Shown in pieces: positions 24,507-31,212 of a stretch of 32,000 bases of DNA. The stretch comes from Cereibacter sphaeroides 2.4.1 (GTDB lineage: Bacteria > Pseudomonadota > Alphaproteobacteria > Rhodobacterales > Rhodobacteraceae). Position 1 is the stretch's first letter; every line of letters begins with the position of its first letter. Both the position numbers and the translations under genes were made by a program. The notes under the pieces were generated by a model that was not told the DNA's origin, did no database searches, and saw only the letters and a program-made list of their open reading frames with translations. Location: assembly GCF_000012905.2 (NCBI RefSeq), contig NC_007493.2:990001-1022000 (forward strand), written 5' to 3'.

Positions 24507-24815
24507 ATGGCATATATGTTCGGAATCATCGTCTTCCTGGCCATGCTGGCTGTCTGCTGGTTCGGCTTCATGGCCGCGGAGCGTCAGGCGGGCCGCCTTC
24601 ACGCCGCGACCGCCCGGTCTCGCGACGCGGAGCCCGCGCACGGCGCAACGCCTTCGGCGCATCGGGATCAGTCGCCCGCCCCGGCGGCCCACCGGGATCA
24701 GGCTGCCGCCGCTCAGTCTTCCAGCGCGCAGCGGATCATGGAGGCGGACACGTCCACGAAAGCCGGTGAGTCCAAGGCCGGCTCTTCGGCCGCAGGGACG
24801 TCGAAAGAGGTCTGA
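24507..24815 (+). CDS. 102-aa membrane-anchored protein with disordered tail, unknown function
   Basis: It has an N-terminal TM helix (MAYMFGIIVFLAMLAVCWFGFMA) and an Ala/Ser/Pro/Gln-rich tail with a duplicated AHRDQ motif. Strong Shine-Dalgarno, a perfect ECF promoter upstream and a terminator hairpin 7 nt after the stop. Confidence 0.65.
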   Translation: MAYMFGIIVFLAMLAVCWFGFMAAERQAGRLHAATARSRDAEPAHGATPSAHRDQSPAPAAHRDQAAAAQSSSAQRIMEADTSTKAGESKAGSSAAGTSKEV

Positions 24816-24821
24816 CGGACC

Positions 24822-24849
24822 CGTGCCCGGCCCACATCCGGGCACGTTT
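24822..24849 (+). terminator. Hairpin terminator after the 102-aa gene
   Basis: CGTGCCCGG-cccacat-CCGGGCACG-TTT: a 9-bp perfect stem followed by a short T-run. Confidence 0.5.
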
Positions 24850-24880
24850 GCCCGGGCATATGCCCCATGCCCGGACAGTG

Positions 24881-24924
24881 CGGAGCGCAGCCTTCCCCCG
24901 GAGGCTGCGCTCCGGTCATTTTAA
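24881..24924 (+). terminator. Second, stronger rho-independent terminator in tandem
   Basis: CGGAGCGCAGCC-(10 nt with an inner TCC/GGA pairing)-GGCTGCGCTCCG forms a 12-bp perfect stem, followed by GTCATTTTAAG. Confidence 0.6.
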
Positions 24925-25220
24925 GACCATGAGGCGCGCGAAGGACTTGACGGAGAGCAGCCTGTCCGATGGCGGCCCCTCCGTCAAATGGCCGTGGCTC
25001 CTCCGCCGAACCTGCGCCCGCAGCCGGGATGCTGCAACGGACCGTTCCGTTACCCGAGATGAAGGGTTCTCGTGCGTCCCGAGGTGTGCGGTCCATGGAC
25101 CCTCCGGGCTCGCCCGGTAAGCCCCCCACAGGCGGGCCGGGCAGGCCTCTGCTCCGCCGGTTGGCGCGCCGCTTCGGGCCTGATACTCTGCGGGCCGTGA
25201 AGAGTTCGGGGGATGTGCCG

Positions 25221-25628
25221 GTGACGGAAGACGAAAACGATGGTGCGGTGGATGCAGGCCGAACCGAGAAGCTGGTGATGGTGGCGGCGCTCGGGGTGAT
25301 CGAGCGGGGGCTCCTGATCCTCGTGGCGCTCATGACCCTTGCGGCGACCTCGGTCGAGATCCTGTCCATCGTCGAACGCCGGAGCGTCAACCTCGGCGAC
25401 ATTCTGCTGATGTTCCTCTACACGGAGGTCATCGCCATGGTCGCGGTGTTCTACACCGGCAAGGGCCTGCCCTTCGTCTATCCGATCTTCATCGCGATCA
25501 CGGCGCTCGCGCGGCTGATCGTGCTGCAGGGCAAGGACATGGACCCCCAGAACATTGTGCTGGAAGCCTCGGCCATCCTGCTTCTTGCCATCGCCGCCGT
25601 CGTGCTGCTGCGCTTCGCGCGGCGATAG
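25221..25628 (+). CDS. psiE: Phosphate-starvation-inducible protein PsiE-family membrane protein
   Basis: The core FLYTEVIAMVAVFYTGKGLPFVYPIFIAITALARLIVLQGK matches the PsiE signature region as I recall it from E. coli. GTG 25221 lies 7 nt after GGGGGA and gives 135 aa, the usual PsiE size. The in-frame extension back to 24969 has visibly lower third-position G+C. The start is uncertain, with alternatives at 25278, 25095 and 25059. Confidence 0.75.
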   Translation: MTEDENDGAVDAGRTEKLVMVAALGVIERGLLILVALMTLAATSVEILSIVERRSVNLGDILLMFLYTEVIAMVAVFYTGKGLPFVYPIFIAITALARLIVLQGKDMDPQNIVLEASAILLLAIAAVVLLRFARR

Positions 25629-25630
25629 GC

Positions 25631-26725
25631 TCAGGCCGCGCTGCGGGCGGCCTCCGGGAAGAGGGCCGCCATCGCGCCGGCCTCCGCCGCGCAGATCCCG
25701 CGCTCGGTGATGAGGCCCGTGACCAGCGAAGCCGGCGTCACGTCGAAGGCCGGATTGCGGGCGCTGGTGCCGTCGGGAGAGATCTGTACCGAGATCACCG
25801 ACCCGTCCGGCGCCTTGCCCTGCACATGGGTCACCTCGGCGCCCGAGCGCTCCTCGATCGGGATCTCCGCCACCCCGTCCCGGACCGTCCAGTCGATGGT
25901 GGGCGAGGGCAGGGCCACATAGAAGGGCACGCCGTTTGCCTTCGCCGCCAGCGCCTTGAGATAGGTGCCGATCTTGTTGCAGACGTCGCCCTGCGCGGTG
26001 GTGCGGTCGGTGCCGACGATCACGAGATCCACCTCGCCGTGCTGCATCAGATGGCCGCCGGCATTGTCCACGATCAGATCGTGGCTCACCCCGTGCGAGT
26101 TCATCTCCCAGGCGGTCAGCAGCGCGCCCTGATTGCGGGGCCGGGTCTCGTCCACGAACACATGGACATCGATCCCCGCCTCGAGCGCATGATAGATCGG
26201 CGAGGTGGCGGTGCCCCAGTCGACGGTGGCGAGCCACCCCGCGTTGCAGTGGGTCAGGATGTTGACCCGGCCGCGCTTCCGCTCGGCGATCTCGCGGATG
26301 AGCGTCAGGCCGTGCGCGCCGATCCGGCGGTTGATCTCCACATCCTCGTCGCAGATCTCGGCCGCACGGCGCGCGGCCGCGGCTGCCCGCTCGGAGGGGG
26401 GCAGGGGCGCCAGCAGGCGGCGCATCTCGTTCAGCGCCCAGCGGAGGTTGATCGCCGTGGGCCTCGTCTCGTGCAGCACCTCCCAGGTCTCGGCGAGCGA
26501 AGCATCGGACGGATCCTCGGCCATCTGCACCGCCATCCCCCAAGCGGCGGTGGCCCCGATCAGCGGCGCGCCGCGCACCCACATGTCCCGGATCGCGGCC
26601 GCGAACTCCGCACGCGTGCGCAGCGGCACGATCCGCAGCTCGTGCGGCAGCCAGCGCTGGTCGATGATGCGGACCTCGCCCGCCTCGCACCAGATCGAGC
26701 GGAAAGGGGTGCCGTTGATCTTCAC
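25631..26725 (-). CDS. mtnA: S-methyl-5-thioribose-1-phosphate isomerase
   Basis: 364 aa of the eIF-2B/MtnA family, with motifs [13 protein letters not shown] and [22 protein letters not shown] start at 26725 with GGAGG 6 nt upstream. Confidence 0.9.
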   Translation of the reverse strand: MKINGTPFRSIWCEAGEVRIIDQRWLPHELRIVPLRTRAEFAAAIRDMWVRGAPLIGATAAWGMAVQMAEDPSDASLAETWEVLHETRPTAINLRWALNEMRRLLAPLPPSERAAAAARRAAEICDEDVEINRRIGAHGLTLIREIAERKRGRVNILTHCNAGWLATVDWGTATSPIYHALEAGIDVHVFVDETRPRNQGALLTAWEMNSHGVSHDLIVDNAGGHLMQHGEVDLVIVGTDRTTAQGDVCNKIGTYLKALAAKANGVPFYVALPSPTIDWTVRDGVAEIPIEERSGAEVTHVQGKAPDGSVISVQISPDGTSARNPAFDVTPASLVTGLITERGICAAEAGAMAALFPEAARSAA

Positions 26726-26836
26726 GGAATGCCTCCGGGTCAGTCGTGAGGGTGGAACGCGCCCAGAAGGCCCCGCCCATGGGCCGAGGTCAAGAGAGGC
26801 GCCGCTGCTTGCGACGATCCCGCGCGGGTCGGGGTG

Positions 26837-27271
26837 TCAGTTCACCTTGCGCTGCGGCAGGAAGGGCAGCGGGGCCACCGGCACGCCGTCCTCGATCAGG
26901 CGGCGCGCCTCCTCGGGCTTGGCCTCGCCATAGATCGCCCGCTCGGGCGCGTCGCCCTCGTGGATCTTCCGGGCTTCGGTGGCGAAATTCATGCCGACAT
27001 ATTCCGAATTCTCCTCGACCTGCCGGCGCAGGGCGCGGAAGGCCTCCTCCATCTGCGAGGCGGGGGCGGAGAGGGGCTTCGGCGGCGGCGCGGCAGCAGC
27101 CTTGCGCGCGGGGCGCACCGACGGGGCCATCAGCACCTTCTCGACCGACGAGGAGCCGCAGACGGGGCAGGCGACCCGGCCAGCGGCCAGAAGGTCGTCG
27201 AAGGCGTCCGACGACTGGAACCAGCTTTCGAAGCCGTGGTCCTCGGGACATCTGAGAGAATAGCGGATCAT
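26837..27271 (-). CDS. DUF1178-family protein (zinc-ribbon-like N-terminus)
   Basis: ATG 27271 gives MIRYSLRCPEDHGFESWFQSSDAFD...CPVCGS, the characteristic DUF1178 N-terminus. 144 aa. Confidence 0.85.
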   Translation of the reverse strand: MIRYSLRCPEDHGFESWFQSSDAFDDLLAAGRVACPVCGSSSVEKVLMAPSVRPARKAAAAPPPKPLSAPASQMEEAFRALRRQVEENSEYVGMNFATEARKIHEGDAPERAIYGEAKPEEARRLIEDGVPVAPLPFLPQRKVN

Positions 27272-27342
27272 TCGGAGCACCGGAGCGGAGCCGCCGTCCT
27301 GCGGCTCCTCATCCTGTCAGGTAAAGGTGGATCCCGCGAGGT

Positions 27343-27843
27343 TCAATAGTCGCCCAGCGGCAATCCGTCGTCGCGTTCGGGGTCGGGCTCGGGGGCGGGA
27401 TCGAAGCGCACGAGGATCTCGCGCAGCCCGGGTTCCGCCACCTTGCGCGCGGCCTTGTCCGGCGTGAACCACTTGCGCTTGCGCTGACCGCGCTCGGGAA
27501 AGACGTCCGACATGTCCTCGACCGCCAGCGGGAACACCACGACCTCGCAGGCGATGCTGGCGGCGTTCCTGGCGATCTTCTGGTAGGTGAAGCGGCCGAG
27601 GGGCTGCGGCGCGATCTCGCCCTGAATGCCGGCCTCTTCCCAGGCTTCCTGCGCGGCCGAGTCCGCATCGTCGAGGCCCTCGATGCGGCCGCCCTTCGGG
27701 ATCACCCAGCGGCCGGTATCGCGGCTGGTGATGAGCAGCACCTGGAGCTCGCCCCCCTCGAGACGCCAGCAGATGGCGCCGCACTGCGGCCGGACCTCGC
27801 CGGATCCGTTGCTGGTCAGCCCGATATGACGGCCTTCGCCCAT
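27343..27843 (-). CDS. NUDIX hydrolase
   Basis: 166 aa with a Nudix-box-like GGRIEGLDDADSAAQEAWEEAGIQG. GGGAGAGG Shine-Dalgarno upstream of ATG 27843. Confidence 0.85.
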   Translation of the reverse strand: MGEGRHIGLTSNGSGEVRPQCGAICWRLEGGELQVLLITSRDTGRWVIPKGGRIEGLDDADSAAQEAWEEAGIQGEIAPQPLGRFTYQKIARNAASIACEVVVFPLAVEDMSDVFPERGQRKRKWFTPDKAARKVAEPGLREILVRFDPAPEPDPERDDGLPLGDY

Positions 27844-28025
27844 ATGCCTCTCCCGCCGGGCCTAGGGCCCGGTCTCATCTTGGTCGGTGTCTCGCGTCGA
27901 TTTCTCGTTCTGCCCAATTTAGGGGCGGCAGCCGCCTTATCAACGTTCACAGCCACCGCACGTTCGGGAACTGTCGCACGCATCGGCGCGCGGGCGCAAA
28001 TCAAACGGGGCAAATCGTCGCGCAT

Positions 28026-28053
28026 TTGACGTATTTCGTTCGCCGCCTATGCT
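28026..28053 (+). promoter_or_regulatory. Sigma-70-like promoter of the gpx unit
   Basis: TTGACG (28026-28031), a 16-nt spacer, then TATGCT (28048-28053), in the AT-richer divergent region about 75 nt upstream of ATG 28128. Confidence 0.4.
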
Positions 28054-28127
28054 TCAGCAGCAGGCGGAGTCCGAGGGGGCCCGCTCCGCGCGCCTCCGGC
28101 AGAGGCGCCTCGTGCCGGGACAATGCC

Positions 28128-28658
28128 ATGACCGTCCGTCCGCACCTTGCGCTCGCCTTTGCCTGTCTCGCCGGGCCCGCCCTCGCCGCGGGGCCGCCGC
28201 CGGTCACCTTCGACTCGATCGACGGCGGGCAGATCCGCCTCGACGAGCTGCGTACGGCAGGCCCGGTGCTGGTGGTGAACACGGCCTCGCTCTGCGGCTT
28301 CACCCCGCAATACGACGATCTTCAGGCGCTCTGGGATCGCTACCGCGACGCGGGGCTGACGGTCCTCGCCGTGCCGTCGAACGATTTCAAGCAGGAGCTG
28401 GACGATGCGGGCGCGGTGCGCGACTTCTGCGCCACCAACTTCGACCTGACACTGCCCATGACCACCATCACTCCGGTGACGGGGGCCGAGGCCCATCCCT
28501 TCTACCGCTGGCTCGCAGAGGAGCATGGGGTCGAGCCGCGCTGGAACTTCCACAAGGTTCTGATCGACCGTGACGGGGATCTGGTGGCGAGCTGGTCCTC
28601 GCCGGTGCGGCCGACGGACCGCGAGATCGTGGGCCGGATCGAGGCGCTCCTGCCGTGA
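28128..28658 (+). CDS. Glutathione peroxidase-family protein with signal peptide (BtuE-like, Cys-type)
   Basis: Start set at ATG 28128 (MTVRPHLALAFACLAGPALA/AG). It carries NTASLCGFTPQY (peroxidatic Cys) and WNFHKVLI motifs. 176 aa. Confidence 0.9.
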   Translation: MTVRPHLALAFACLAGPALAAGPPPVTFDSIDGGQIRLDELRTAGPVLVVNTASLCGFTPQYDDLQALWDRYRDAGLTVLAVPSNDFKQELDDAGAVRDFCATNFDLTLPMTTITPVTGAEAHPFYRWLAEEHGVEPRWNFHKVLIDRDGDLVASWSSPVRPTDREIVGRIEALLP

Positions 28659-28668
28659 GGCCGGCAGA

Positions 28669-29796
28669 GTGACCCAGACCGCCGCCGTGGCCTTTCCGGC
28701 CGCGCCTCTCTACATCGGCTCCGAGATCTATCGCCGGTCGAGCTACGGTGGCAGGCATCCGCTGCGCGTGCCGCGGGTCTCGACCGTGACGGATCTCGGC
28801 CGCGCGCTCGGCTGGCTGCCGGCTGCCAGCTTCCGCACCGCGCCGCGGGCCAAGCCCGCCGCCCTCACCCTCTGGCACGATCCGGCCTATGTGGCGGCGT
28901 TGGCCGCGGCCGAGGCGGGGCTTGCCGCGCCCGAACTGCTGGCCGCCCACGGGCTCGGCACGCTCTCGAACCCGGTCTTTCCCGAGATGTTCCGCCGGCC
29001 CGCGACCGGCGCGGGGGGCGTCATGCTCGCGGCCGAACTGCTGCGCGGCGGCGGCGCGATCCATGTGCCGGGCGGAGGCACGCACCACGGGATGCGCGAC
29101 CGGGCGAACGGCTTCTGCTATCTGAACGACCCGGTGCTGGGGATGCTGGTCCTGCGCCGGATGGGGCTCCGGCGCATCGCCTATGTCGATATCGACGCCC
29201 ATCATCCCGACGGGGTGGAGGCGGCCTTCGCGGGCGATCCCGAGGTGCTCCTGATCTCGGTGCACGAGGAGGGGCGCTGGCCCTTCACCGGTGCGCTCGA
29301 GGACGAGGGCGGCGGCACCTGCTTCAACCTGCCGGTGCCGCGCGGGTTCAACGACACCGAGATGCGGGCGGTGCTCGAGGAGCTGATCCTGCCGCGGCTC
29401 GCCGCCTTCCGCCCCGAGGCTGTGGTGCTGCAATGCGGGGCCGATGCGCTGGAGGAGGATCCGCTGTCGCGGCTCTCCCTCTCGAACAACGCTCATTTCG
29501 AGGTGGTGGCGGCGCTGCGTCCGGTGGCGCCGCGCTTTCTCGTGCTGGGCGGCGGCGGCTACAACCCCTGGTCGGTCGGTCGCTGCTGGGCGGGCGTCTG
29601 GGCCACGCTGGCGGGCCACGAGATCCCCGACCGTCTGCCGGAGGCGGCGCGCGCGGTGCTGGCGGGCCTCGACTGGGGCGGGGGCGGGCGTCCTCCGCCG
29701 GCGCCCCCGCTGATCGAGACGCTGCGCGACGCGCCGCGGGAGGGGCCGGTGCGGCCGGAGATCCGGGAGAGGCTCGCCCGCCTCGCGCGGCGATGA
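28669..29796 (+). CDS. Histone deacetylase-family (AcuC/AphA-like) amidohydrolase
   Basis: GTG 28669 lies 10 nt after the gpx stop. The product has HHGMRDRANGFCYLND and DIDAHHPDG metal and active-site motifs. 375 aa. Confidence 0.85.
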   Translation: MTQTAAVAFPAAPLYIGSEIYRRSSYGGRHPLRVPRVSTVTDLGRALGWLPAASFRTAPRAKPAALTLWHDPAYVAALAAAEAGLAAPELLAAHGLGTLSNPVFPEMFRRPATGAGGVMLAAELLRGGGAIHVPGGGTHHGMRDRANGFCYLNDPVLGMLVLRRMGLRRIAYVDIDAHHPDGVEAAFAGDPEVLLISVHEEGRWPFTGALEDEGGGTCFNLPVPRGFNDTEMRAVLEELILPRLAAFRPEAVVLQCGADALEEDPLSRLSLSNNAHFEVVAALRPVAPRFLVLGGGGYNPWSVGRCWAGVWATLAGHEIPDRLPEAARAVLAGLDWGGGGRPPPAPPLIETLRDAPREGPVRPEIRERLARLARR

Positions 29797-30347
29797 TCCG
29801 CGCCTTCGTCGCCCTCGACCTGCCCGCCGAGGTGCGCTCGGCTCTGGCCGTCCAGCAGTTCCTGCTGCCGCTGCCGCGCAAGGTCGAGCCCGAGAGCTTC
29901 CATCTGACGCTCCTCTTTCTGGGCGAGGTGCCCGAGCCGGTGCTCGAAGCGGCCCACGAGGAGTTCGAGACCATCGTCCGGCCGCCCTTCGGGCTGGAGG
30001 TGGCGGGGCTCGGCCTGTTCGGCGGCGAGCGGCCCCGCGCCGTCTGGGCGGGCCTCCGGCCCTCGGACCCGCTCGCGCGCCTTCAGTCCAGGATCGAGCG
30101 CGCGGCGCGGGTTGCGGGGATCGAGCCCGAGCGCCGGCGCTTCGTGCCCCATGTCACCCTCGGCCGCTTCGCGCCGCCGCCCCCCGAGGAGCGCTTCCGC
30201 CTCGAACGGGCGGTGGCGGAGGGTGCCTCCTTCCGCGGCGGCGGCTTCGAGGTCACGCGCTTCGTCCTCTACCGCTCGCATCTGGGGCCGAAGGGGGCGC
30301 GCTACGAGGAGCTCGCCTCCTATCCGCTGCGCGGGGGCGCTCCTTAG
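29793..30347 (+). CDS. thpR: RNA 2',3'-cyclic phosphodiesterase (2H phosphoesterase, ThpR/LigT)
   Basis: ATG 29793 overlaps the HDAC-family stop (ATGA). Two HxT(S)x motifs are present (HLTLLFLG and HVTLGRF). 184 aa. Confidence 0.85.
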   Translation: MIRAFVALDLPAEVRSALAVQQFLLPLPRKVEPESFHLTLLFLGEVPEPVLEAAHEEFETIVRPPFGLEVAGLGLFGGERPRAVWAGLRPSDPLARLQSRIERAARVAGIEPERRRFVPHVTLGRFAPPPPEERFRLERAVAEGASFRGGGFEVTRFVLYRSHLGPKGARYEELASYPLRGGAP

Positions 30348-30357
30348 GACGGGGCCC

Positions 30358-30915
30358 TTAGTAGTAGTTGCCCATGAAGGGGTTGTGATCGAGGAAGATG
30401 TGGGTCGAGGTGATGGCGCCGTAGAGCGCGAGGCCGATGCCCACCAGCACCGCATCGCGGCGGAGCGGACCGGGCGGCGGGCGCACCCATTCCCCCTCCT
30501 GCGCATTGATGAGCAGGATCGACCCCGCCGCCCAGAGCCACATGCTGCCGAAGAGCAGGATGGCCGCCAGATCGCCGTTCACGAGGAGATGTGCCGTGGC
30601 CCAGATCATCGTGGCGAGGAACTGCGGATGCCGGATGCGCGTCCAGATCACGCCCTTCAGCACGCCTGCGCCGAGGAGCACGATCGCCACGAGCATGAGC
30701 AGGTTGTTGAGATAGCCCGTGTCGGGGAGGGGCACATAGACCGGGACGTAGTCGGCGGTCCGGTAGCCGTAGATCATCAGCACGAGGCCCGCGGTGATGA
30801 TGAGGGTGACGAGGCCCTTTCCCGGATCGCCCATCCGGGCGCGGAGGTCGGGGAAGACCCGCTTGAACAGATGGCCTGCGACCCAGAGGAAGATCCCGAG
30901 CGTCAGGAGGATCAT
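30358..30915 (-). CDS. nnrU: NnrU-family membrane protein
   Basis: Start set at ATG 30915 (MILLTLGIFLWVAGHLFKR...). The 185-aa polytopic protein resembles NnrU, with an HPQFLATMIWATAHLLVNGD region. Confidence 0.8.
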   Translation of the reverse strand: MILLTLGIFLWVAGHLFKRVFPDLRARMGDPGKGLVTLIITAGLVLMIYGYRTADYVPVYVPLPDTGYLNNLLMLVAIVLLGAGVLKGVIWTRIRHPQFLATMIWATAHLLVNGDLAAILLFGSMWLWAAGSILLINAQEGEWVRPPPGPLRRDAVLVGIGLALYGAITSTHIFLDHNPFMGNYY

Positions 30916-31096
30916 GGCACGATAACTCCGGCAGACTGACAAGATGCGGGAGGATGCATCCGGACCTGTAAAAGTTCCCTTTTCCGCCGACTGTCGTTGG
31001 GTCAACCAGGGGAAGCGCGCCCTGCGGTTGCAGGCGGCACCGGCGCGCGTCCGCCGGGCGTGTCGGCCGGGGGGCTGCCGACGGAGCGCCCGGAGA

Positions 31097-31201
31097 GGGG
31101 GCGGGATGGGGGAGGGGGGCGCTGGCTGCGTCCGGCGCGTGGGGGCGCTGCCCCCACACCCCCGGGATATTTGAGCCAGAATGAAAGGGAGGGGATGGGG
31201 G
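31097..31201 (+). repeat. G-tract-rich spacer with direct repeat GGGATGGGGG (31103-31112 and 31192-31201) and a G-quadruplex-type motif
   Basis: 31097-31119 reads GGGGGCGGGATGGGGGAGGGGGG, four G-runs of at least 3 with loops of at most 2 nt. A second cluster, GGGAGGGGATGGGGG, lies at 31187-31201. Between them is a hairpin GTGGGGGC-gct-GCCCCCAC at 31139-31157. Confidence 0.45.
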
Positions 31202-31212
31202 TGTCGCCCGGG

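Noticed and set aside
24925-25220. A PHO box (CTGTCAT-type direct repeats) upstream of psiE
   Set aside because: The only loosely similar string is CTGTCCG...TCCGTCAAATG around 24961-24990. It has neither the 11-bp phasing nor the repeat identity expected, so I make no call.
25050-26780. 576-aa minus-strand ORF overlapping mtnA and psiE
   Set aside because: It is a different frame of the same strand as mtnA and is antisense to psiE. The translation is Arg/Gly/Asp-rich without motifs. MtnA in the 25631-26725 frame carries the family signatures.
27942-27966. Minus-strand CGAAC-N16-CGTT upstream of the NUDIX gene
   Set aside because: It has a mismatch at a conserved G of the -35 and lies about 100 nt from the start codon, and the downstream genes (NUDIX, DUF1178) are not obviously stress-specific. 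It is worth re-scoring with a proper matrix, but I do not count it.
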